Shown here: piece after piece, positions 28,448-35,514 of the stretch
How positions within the stretch are numbered: the stretch's first letter is position 1
How the letters are laid out: every line of letters begins with the position of its first letter
From: a virus
Length of the DNA: 64,000 nucleotides
Virus record (IMG/VR): IMGVR_UViG_3300031413_000005
Coordinates: 45,430 to 109,429 of that record
Direction: 5' to 3' (one strand)
Made by a program: the position numbers and the translations under genes
The notes under the pieces: model-generated
What the model saw: the letters and a program-made list of their open reading frames with translations, nothing else
Database searches by the model: none
Told to the model about the DNA's origin: nothing

Positions 28448-28975
28448 TTAGGCTGCGGTGAGCGCCGGATCGCCGAAGACGCAGAGCGTGTCGGTGGTCA
28501 GGTCCACGTAGCCCGTGAACTCGACGTTGAAGATGCGCTGGTCGTCGACCTTGTAGGCGAAGGTCATGTCGCCCTTGCTGTTCGCGATCGGCACGACGAA
28601 GTCGCGGCTCTTGTCGGTGTCGGGCATGCCCTTGGGATGCAGGACGAGAATGCCGGCCGACTTGCGCAGCGATGCGCCAACACCCGAGCCGAGCGTCAGC
28701 TTCTTCTTGGTGCCGTTGGTGACGAGCGTCGCGCCCGGCGTCACCGCGAGCAGCTTGTCGAGATCGCGCTCTGCCATCGGCACCTTCACGGTGACCTTAC
28801 GGCCCTTGATGACTTCGTCGATCGCGGTCTCGCCGAACTGGTCAGCGGTAATCATCGTGGACTCGGTCGCGATGGCAACTTCGCAGCCGCCCTTGGTGAG
28901 GCCGAGGTTCACGCCCTTAAAGGTGGGCGTGCATGGACCCATCTCGAGGTTTTCAAAATTGGTGGCGTCAGCCAT
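28448..28975 (-). CDS. major tail (tube) protein
   Basis: LGLTKGGCEV...DQFGET.ID...VKVPMAE; synteny. Confidence 0.8.
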   Translation of the reverse strand: MADATNFENLEMGPCTPTFKGVNLGLTKGGCEVAIATESTMITADQFGETAIDEVIKGRKVTVKVPMAERDLDKLLAVTPGATLVTNGTKKKLTLGSGVGASLRKSAGILVLHPKGMPDTDKSRDFVVPIANSKGDMTFAYKVDDQRIFNVEFTGYVDLTTDTLCVFGDPALTAA

Positions 28976-29027
28976 TTCAGACATCTCCAAGTCGGTTTTG
29001 ATCGTTCGGATCTATTTAGCAGTGGCA

Positions 29028-29063
29028 ATAATAACACAGTGCATGCGTGTGGTCTACCATGCA
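29028..29063 (-). promoter_or_regulatory. 24-bp motif with -10, upstream of the tail tube gene
   Basis: TAGACC-17-TATTAT on the minus strand. Confidence 0.8.
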
Positions 29064-29065
29064 CG

Positions 29066-29455
29066 TCAGTCGGGCTTTTGACCCCAGCTGATGATGAACG
29101 GGATTCCCCATTCGACAGTGCCCGCGTCGCTGCGCGGGTACGCGATGGGCCGGGTTCGGGGGCGGCAATCGGTGATCCAGATCTCCCCCGACTGCTCGCG
29201 GCCGATCGTCAGGGCAGACGAGATGGTCTTGCACTTCTCGAATGCGGCTCTGCCATCGCCGCCACGGACCACTACCAGGAACTCGCTGGAGTAGAAGTCG
29301 GGCTGTTCCGGGTTGATCGGATCGCCCGTCAGCGGGCCGCGGATCATGATGCCGTTCTGGACGTCCGCTGGCAGGGTGAACATGAACAGGTCGTCGCCAG
29401 CGGCCGCTACGCCAGTTGCTTCGATCAGCTCCGCGATGCGCATAAGGTGGATCAC
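29066..29455 (-). CDS. tail terminator-like protein
   Basis: synteny and size. Confidence 0.6.
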   Translation of the reverse strand: MIHLMRIAELIEATGVAAAGDDLFMFTLPADVQNGIMIRGPLTGDPINPEQPDFYSSEFLVVVRGGDGRAAFEKCKTISSALTIGREQSGEIWITDCRPRTRPIAYPRSDAGTVEWGIPFIISWGQKPD

Positions 29456-29880
29456 AACAGGTCTCCCATGATTTCGTCGATCAGGTCTTCGGGAAGGTCG
29501 TCGGAGAACTCGTCGAATGCCCGCTCAAGAAAGTGCGGACCGACCTGGGAGCCTTTGGCGATCGAGCGGTCGCCCAGCTTCTCGAACAGTCCCTCCTCGA
29601 TGATCGATGCGTATTTATCGACATCGGTGCGAGTCAGGCCGGTCGCGCCCACCTGAACGGTCGTCACGATACGGCGATTCTCAGCCTTCTCCTCAACGAT
29701 CTCGTGCGCTGCCTCCAGATCGCCGCGAAGGATCGGTGCGTTCTTGACCGACTGGTCTTTCACCTTCTTGGCAACGCGGCGCATTGCGCGAAGCGCCCGA
29801 GCACTGGTGCGATCACCGACACGCTCGAACGTCGCGCCGACATCACTGGCGCCCTCGCCTGGCTTGAACGTGAAGCTCAC
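29452..29880 (-). CDS. HK97 gp10-like neck protein
   Basis: NAPILRGDLE, YASIIEEG, PHFLERAF. Confidence 0.7.
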   Translation of the reverse strand: MSFTFKPGEGASDVGATFERVGDRTSARALRAMRRVAKKVKDQSVKNAPILRGDLEAAHEIVEEKAENRRIVTTVQVGATGLTRTDVDKYASIIEEGLFEKLGDRSIAKGSQVGPHFLERAFDEFSDDLPEDLIDEIMGDLL

Positions 29881-30227
29881 GTCGCCAGCTCCTGGATAAC
29901 ACCGGCCACTTCGATGTGGTCGAGCTTGCCGGCGACATTGAAACGCGGGACGACTTTGGTGACGCGGATTTGGACGCCGGAGACGGTCAGGACGTAGTTG
30001 ATCGCGACCTTGACGGTTGTCGGGAACAGGATGACAGCCGCTGCCTCTTGCTGCTCTGCGGCGCCGCGGCTTGCGCTGCTATCGGCGCGCACCGACGTCG
30101 TCAGCGCGGTCGTCTCCAGCTTCACGATCGAACAGGGCACGCGGACGGGCTTCGTCAGGCGAGGTTTGCTGAATAGGTCACGCCCCGCGGGGCGGCTCAA
30201 CAGGCACTTGTTGTTCGGTCGGAACAC
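29877..30227 (-). CDS. head closure protein
   Basis: synteny; 116 aa, beta-rich. Confidence 0.55.
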   Translation of the reverse strand: MFRPNNKCLLSRPAGRDLFSKPRLTKPVRVPCSIVKLETTALTTSVRADSSASRGAAEQQEAAAVILFPTTVKVAINYVLTVSGVQIRVTKVVPRFNVAGKLDHIEVAGVIQELAT

Positions 30228-30230
30228 GGC

Positions 30231-30977
30231 TCACTCCACCATCGAAAGGAATGCGTCGGACGATGGATGAAACACCTCGTCGCGGACGTCGTAATAGCTC
30301 TCCCCTGCCCCTTCGACGTCGTGGACCGCGATGATTTCGCCGTGCCATTTGTGTTGCGGGTTCGGGTGGTTGATCTGGACCTCGGTGACGCCAGCTTCAG
30401 ACATCGCGTAGAGGAAGGCTTCGTTGCTGGTCGTCAGCAGGTGATGGCGATATTGGTCACGCACATGCTTCGCGGACGAGTAGCTCCGGCCCATGCGATC
30501 GATGAACCGGAACTCGGGACCTTGGCGCCGCATCAGCAGCGCAGCAGCTAGAGCGATCTCCTTCGGCTTGCCCGCGCGCGCGGCCATGTCGAGCCGGATG
30601 CCTGTCGAGTTGACCTCGCGAACCATCGTGGAGATGTCGCGTGCAGCTTGCGCAGCGAGTATCTCGACCAAATAGTCCCCGGTGTTGCCGAAGTGCGTGT
30701 GAAGCTCTGTCGGTGCTTCAGGGGCGATCTGCCCGGTCGCCCGTGCTGCATCGTCGTATGCCTGGAGACCGAGACCGTAGGTGTCGATGCGAATGACCTC
30801 TGCCTCGTCAGCAAGCCATTCCCGGGCCTGGTCCTTGGCGTTGTCGGCCGCGGTCAGTCGCGTCGAACCGTGCGTGGGGTCGTCAGCGACTGCCAATTCG
30901 AACTGGCGGCGCAAGAGGTCGAGGAGCGCCTGGTAGCGCGCGGTCGCATCGAGCGCCCGCTGGGTGATCGGATTCAT
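30231..30977 (-). CDS. putative minor head / morphogenesis protein
   Basis: FIDRMGR and C-terminal VFHP motifs; lies in the head-neck operon. Confidence 0.45.
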   Translation of the reverse strand: MNPITQRALDATARYQALLDLLRRQFELAVADDPTHGSTRLTAADNAKDQAREWLADEAEVIRIDTYGLGLQAYDDAARATGQIAPEAPTELHTHFGNTGDYLVEILAAQAARDISTMVREVNSTGIRLDMAARAGKPKEIALAAALLMRRQGPEFRFIDRMGRSYSSAKHVRDQYRHHLLTTSNEAFLYAMSEAGVTEVQINHPNPQHKWHGEIIAVHDVEGAGESYYDVRDEVFHPSSDAFLSMVE

Positions 30978-31777
30978 CCGCGCGTCAGTTCGATCCGTCG
31001 ATAGATGTAACCGGACAGCTCACGGTTAGCCGACCGCGACAGCGGCATGTCGAGCGCCGGCCGCGAGTTGAACATCATCGAGCTTTCGCCCGTCGTCTCG
31101 GACAGGATGCCGTCTGCGCGCCGCTTCCCGATGATGTCGCCGCCCAGGAGGTTGTCGGCTTCAAGCAGCTGCGCGCGCTTGAGCGCGGTCAGGAACCGCT
31201 CGGGCAATGCCTTGAACTTGTCGACGGGCATGCGCGCGATGTCGGTCACGAGATACGCGACGCCCATTCCGCCCAGATAGTCCGTGTCTTCGTACCCGGC
31301 ATACTGGCTCGGATCGTCAGGCGTCAGCTTGAACGACAGGCGCGAGATCTTGTGGAACGCGTGCTCCATCGCCTGCGTGCGCTCGGTGGTCGTGGCGACG
31401 TCCCAGCCGTCCAGCAGGCCACCAAAGCTCTCGCGCAGCACGATCGACTGCCCCATCGTCTGGAAGCTGTTCTCGAGCATGGCGAGGATCGTCGACTTGG
31501 TGACGAGGTAGAAGGTGTCGACCACGACGTCGCCACTCTCGGTCGCGAACGTCACCCGCAGGTTGCGCGCTTCACGCACCTCGGTAATCGCGTTGTGGGC
31601 ACCGGGAATGAGGACCGAGACGGCGTTCTGGTCGAGCGCCCCGTCACCGGATGCAATCTCGACTTCGTCCTGGTCGAACAGACGCCAAGTCGCTGCGGTA
31701 GCCGCGATCGCGCCCCCGGTGTCGTCCTGAAGCGGAACGGTGATCGCAAGCGGCGAGGCGTCTGTTACCCGCTGCAT
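30974..31777 (-). CDS. head-tail adaptor-like protein
   Basis: LKRAQLLEA...GILSETTGESS; synteny. Confidence 0.55.
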   Translation of the reverse strand: MQRVTDASPLAITVPLQDDTGGAIAATAATWRLFDQDEVEIASGDGALDQNAVSVLIPGAHNAITEVREARNLRVTFATESGDVVVDTFYLVTKSTILAMLENSFQTMGQSIVLRESFGGLLDGWDVATTTERTQAMEHAFHKISRLSFKLTPDDPSQYAGYEDTDYLGGMGVAYLVTDIARMPVDKFKALPERFLTALKRAQLLEADNLLGGDIIGKRRADGILSETTGESSMMFNSRPALDMPLSRSANRELSGYIYRRIELTRG

Positions 31778-32313
31778 TACGCTGCCAGTGCCTTCGCCTG
31801 AGCCTTCAGGATCGCAGCGACGAGCTCGGTGACCGATCGACCCTTCACGTTGTCCATGGTCTCCGCGATCGCGCGCAGGCCGGCGATGCCGTCGTTGGCG
31901 CCGATGCCCTCGAGCTCCATGCGCGTGTAGACGACAGGCGTCTCGGACTCGATCTTGGCGCGGGCCGACGCAAGCGCTTCGGCTTCAGCTGCGGCCTTCT
32001 CGGCTTCAGCTGCGGCGTTCTTCTCGGCTTCCTCGCGCTCGGCCTGGATGCGCAGCACGCTTTCCACACCGGTCTCGGTATGCGCGCGGACGGGCATGTC
32101 ATCGCCGCGGATATTGAACAGCGTGGCGGCAGGCCCGACCTGGCCGACATTCTCGCCGTCCTCGTCGACTTCCTCGATCGACAGGCTGCAACCGATACGC
32201 ATGACGAGGCGACGATCGACATCTGCGACCGAGACGCCGTCCTGAAACATGGTGCCGCCAGCGAGCGGGCCGGTGAAGTTCTCCCAACCGGGCGAGGTGA
32301 TACGGATCTTCAA
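31777..32313 (-). CDS. hypothetical head-associated protein
   Basis: TTG start with AAGGA RBS, after the capsid terminator. Confidence 0.55.
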   Translation of the reverse strand: MKIRITSPGWENFTGPLAGGTMFQDGVSVADVDRRLVMRIGCSLSIEEVDEDGENVGQVGPAATLFNIRGDDMPVRAHTETGVESVLRIQAEREEAEKNAAAEAEKAAAEAEALASARAKIESETPVVYTRMELEGIGANDGIAGLRAIAETMDNVKGRSVTELVAAILKAQAKALAA

Positions 32314-32335
32314 ATGGATTTCCTTCTCTGAAACG

Positions 32336-32364
32336 AAAAGGGCGGGACCTTTCGGCCCCGCCCC
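32336..32364 (-). terminator. terminator after the major capsid gene
   Basis: GGGCGGGGCC-GAAA-GGTCCCGCCC-TTTT. Confidence 0.8.
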
Positions 32365-32374
32365 TGTTGAGACC

Positions 32375-32398
32375 TGCATGTGTGGTGGACACCACACA
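32375..32398 (-). repeat. 24-bp motif variant
   Basis: tgcatg-tgtggtggacac-cacaca. Confidence 0.55.
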
Positions 32399-32404
32399 CA
32401 CGGA

Positions 32405-33322
32405 TCAAATGTTGGTGACACCACCCAGGCGGGCCAGCGACTTCGTCGACTTCAGCGCCAGGCCGGTGTACCACTTCACGCGGTAGCGCTCGGCGTCCTT
32501 GTTCTGGACCGGGCCGACCGAGCTCACCCGAACGCCTGCGGTGGGACCACCGAAGATGCCGTGGACGCCGTCGGCTTCGTTGAAGCGCGCTGCGTAGATC
32601 GAGCAGGTCGTCGGGGCCGCGCCGCGCACTTCCTTGTCCGACAGGAAGTCGTTGATGATGATCGGGACCGAACGATACGACGGGACCGAGATCTTGCGAT
32701 CACCACCCAGCGAGATCGTGACGTGCTCGGGGTTGGTGCCGCCCAGCTGGCGCAGCATCGCGGCGATCGCGTCGGTCGTGCCACCGCGCATCACCAGCGC
32801 GTCCGCACCGAGCGGGATCATACGGAGCAGACGATCGAGGTTCTCGAAGGTCAGCGCGCCGCCATTGCCACCCGAGCCGGCATAGAAGGTCTGGTCCGCC
32901 GTCACGAGACGCTGGATGCCGTCGAACTCCTTGTTGCGGGCCGAGTTGTCGCCCTGGACCAGCGTGCGCTGGAACTTGCGGCTCATGCCCTTCACCTTGG
33001 CGGCGATCTGAACGGCCGTCTGGTCGTTCGTCTCCGACATGGTCTCGTCGAGGAAGTTGTCGACGTCGACGTCGCCGATCAGGATGCGGAGCTTCGCCAC
33101 GACTTCCTGGAACGTCGAAGCGCTCTCGTTGATCGTGTCGTTCGGATCGAGGAAATCACCCTCGGCCAGCTCGAGCTCGCGGTCGTAGATGTAGCCCTTG
33201 CCCTGGATGCGCATGAAGGGCAGCATCGCGAACATGGCATCGTTGTCGATGATCTCCTCGATCACGCCCCGCTCGAGGGTCGTGGTCGAGAGCTTCTCGG
33301 CTTCCACACGAAGCAAAGGCAT
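32405..33322 (-). CDS. major capsid protein
   Basis: 305 aa, GDVDVDNF, EFDGI, strong AGGAG RBS, downstream of the scaffold gene. Confidence 0.85.
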   Translation of the reverse strand: MPLLRVEAEKLSTTTLERGVIEEIIDNDAMFAMLPFMRIQGKGYIYDRELELAEGDFLDPNDTINESASTFQEVVAKLRILIGDVDVDNFLDETMSETNDQTAVQIAAKVKGMSRKFQRTLVQGDNSARNKEFDGIQRLVTADQTFYAGSGGNGGALTFENLDRLLRMIPLGADALVMRGGTTDAIAAMLRQLGGTNPEHVTISLGGDRKISVPSYRSVPIIINDFLSDKEVRGAAPTTCSIYAARFNEADGVHGIFGGPTAGVRVSSVGPVQNKDAERYRVKWYTGLALKSTKSLARLGGVTNI

Positions 33323-33359
33323 CTCGTTCTCCTAATCGGTTTTCTTTATTTCTGACACC

Positions 33360-33410
33360 ATCCTACATCAGGGTGCATGTGTTGTAAATACCACACACTA
33401 CCCTGATGTA
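33360..33410 (-). promoter_or_regulatory. capsid promoter TTTACA-17-TAGGAT within an 11-bp inverted repeat
   Basis: -35 at 33383-33388, -10 at 33360-33365; IR TACATCAGGGT / ACCCTGATGTA encloses a 24-bp motif variant. Confidence 0.6.
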
Positions 33411-33419
33411 AAAATGTCA

Positions 33420-34166
33420 CTACCGCCGATTGCTCGCACGCAGGTTTGCGAAGCCCTCCGCGAACAGCTGATGACGGCTCTTGCCCGTGTCGGGGTCGGT
33501 CTTGCCGCCATCGGTGCGCGAGCCCGCGCCGGGCTTGGCGTTCGACTTCAGCAGGTCGTCCTTGTCGGGATCGGCCATGATGACCTTCTCGATCGCGGCT
33601 TCGAAGCCCAGCGGCTTGCCGGAACCGTCGACCAGCATCGTGCGCTTCGCGGCGCCCTTGGGCTTGTCATAGACGACGGTCTCGCCATCGACGACTTCCG
33701 CATGCTCGTGGAACAGGGTGCGAACCTTGCCGACCGGCAATGCGACCTTCTCGCGGAGGAACTTGCTTTCGTTGAAGGCGCGGTCGATCGCCATGTTGTC
33801 GAGGCGGGCGTCTGCGGCCGACTTGCCGGTCTTCAGCTCCTCGATCTGCGCCTGGAGCGCCGCTTCCTTGGCGTCACGCTCGGCGACCATCAGCTCGCGC
33901 ACGCGCTCCCAGTTGCCCTCGGCTTCGGCCTTTGCCTTCTCGGCATCGCGCTTCGCAGCTTCCGACGCGTCACGCGCGGCGATTGCTGCCTTGGCTGCGG
34001 CCGGGTCGAGGCCCTCGAACTGTGCGAGGCTGGCGTCGCGGCTTGCGAGTTCGGCGCGCAGACGTTCGAGCTCAGCCACATTGGCGTCGGGCTTCTCGTC
34101 CTTCTTGTCGGCTGCTGCGGCTGCTGCTGCGGCCGCATCTGCTGCGGCCTGTTCTTCTGGATCCAC
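33420..34166 (-). CDS. capsid scaffold protein
   Basis: Ala/Glu/Lys coiled coil, C-terminal KPGAGS; upstream of the capsid gene. Confidence 0.75.
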   Translation of the reverse strand: MDPEEQAAADAAAAAAAAADKKDEKPDANVAELERLRAELASRDASLAQFEGLDPAAAKAAIAARDASEAAKRDAEKAKAEAEGNWERVRELMVAERDAKEAALQAQIEELKTGKSAADARLDNMAIDRAFNESKFLREKVALPVGKVRTLFHEHAEVVDGETVVYDKPKGAAKRTMLVDGSGKPLGFEAAIEKVIMADPDKDDLLKSNAKPGAGSRTDGGKTDPDTGKSRHQLFAEGFANLRASNRR

Positions 34167-34232
34167 GAAACACCTTTACTTGAAACTATGTAGGTGTGGC
34201 TATTGTGCCACACCTACCCCGAGTTTGCAACG

Positions 34233-34256
34233 CGCATGTGTGTTACAGACCATGCG
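34233..34256 (-). repeat. 24-bp motif with compensatory arm change
   Basis: cgcatg-tgtgttacagac-catgcg; abuts TTGCAA-17-CACAAT. Confidence 0.8.
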
Positions 34257-34257
34257 G

Positions 34258-35514
34258 CTACTTGCCGACGATTTGCGTCACGTATGGATTGACGGGAACG
34301 CTGTATCGCGTCGCCTTGGAGCCATCCATCTTGTAGATGTAGCTCTCCGGCCAGATACGACCGCCGCCCCACCACGTCGCGCCCTTGAGCACATCGGCGT
34401 TGGCGCGCAGCGCTTCGATAGCCTCCTGCCCCACAGCCTTGCAGGTCGAATGCACACCATAGCTCGAGCCGAATGCGGACTCAGTGATGTAGGCTTGGAG
34501 GTTGCGCCGGCGAAGCTGCTCGGCGAACTCGACGAACCCGCTGGTCTTGGCGTCGCATTCCTTGCTCGTGCCCGACGAACCCCGATCGAAGTAGCGGTGG
34601 GCGTTGATGCGCGTCAGGCCGAGCGGGTCCTTCAGGCCACCCCCGCGGTCGATCGCGCAGGCCGCGCTCTCGCAAGCCTTGTTCGGTCCTTCATGCTTGT
34701 CGAAGCGGAACGATGCTGACCACTGCGGATATTCGAGCAGGATCGGGTGCCGGATACCGTTCGCACGCAGACCGGCGATGATGATGTTGCTGTCGCGCAG
34801 CCACTGGTCCCAGTCGTTTGTCAGGACCGGATCATCGAAGCCCTTCGGCTCGTTGACCAGGTCGAGAAGTACAGACCCATCATCAGGGAAGTTTCGCGCG
34901 AAGGCCGTCCAGTCGGCGATCATCACCGAAGGCACGCGCCAGGTGTAATCGTGGCGGTCGAGGATGACGGGAACACCCTTGCTGCCAGCATAGGCGACGC
35001 TGACCTTCAGGTCTGCGACCCGGGCCGGGGTCATGCGCTCCAGCTTGAACGGGTAGCGGATGAGCTGGAAGCCGTACCGCTCGATGTAACCCGTCCAGTC
35101 CTCGATCGACGGCCGAACCGCGTCGCTTCCGCTTGCTTCGGCGCCGGATAGGTTTGCACCGAACAGCACCTTTGCGGGCTTTACTGCTGCGGCGCAGGGA
35201 GCCGCGTCGATCGGTGCGTAGACCCAGCCCTTGCCCTGGACGTTCTCGACGAACCGGATCTTGCTGGCGCCGATCGTCTCGAACCAGTTGCCGGCCGCGT
35301 CCGAACGCGCGCGATCGTTCCAGCCCTTCCACCCCTTCTCACGCGAGCCGTCGGCCAGGAGCTCGCGGCCCATCTTCTTTTTGAGAACTAGGGTGTCGCC
35401 CGCGCAGACGGTAATCTGCGCGGGAGGGTTGGCGCCGGTGACGATGTGTTCGGTCCGCGCAGCTACCGGCGTGGAGAGGAGCGCGGCGATGGCGAAAACG
35501 ACGCCGCGGATCAC
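34258..35514 (-). CDS. secreted glycoside hydrolase family 5 (endoglucanase-like)
   Basis: signal peptide; GANLSGAE, RYPF, ILDRHDY, DLVNEP (acid/base), HRYFD, ITES (nucleophile), WWGGG. Confidence 0.85.
   Translation of the reverse strand: MIRGVVFAIAALLSTPVAARTEHIVTGANPPAQITVCAGDTLVLKKKMGRELLADGSREKGWKGWNDRARSDAAGNWFETIGASKIRFVENVQGKGWVYAPIDAAPCAAAVKPAKVLFGANLSGAEASGSDAVRPSIEDWTGYIERYGFQLIRYPFKLERMTPARVADLKVSVAYAGSKGVPVILDRHDYTWRVPSVMIADWTAFARNFPDDGSVLLDLVNEPKGFDDPVLTNDWDQWLRDSNIIIAGLRANGIRHPILLEYPQWSASFRFDKHEGPNKACESAACAIDRGGGLKDPLGLTRINAHRYFDRGSSGTSKECDAKTSGFVEFAEQLRRRNLQAYITESAFGSSYGVHSTCKAVGQEAIEALRANADVLKGATWWGGGRIWPESYIYKMDGSKATRYSVPVNPYVTQIVGK

Noticed and set aside
13865-29656. Long plus-strand ORFs (e.g. 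13865-15727, 19996-21585, 25971-27659, 27932-29656) and minus-strand 51110-53017
   Set aside because: Antisense shadows of real genes in high-GC DNA; no motifs or RBS.
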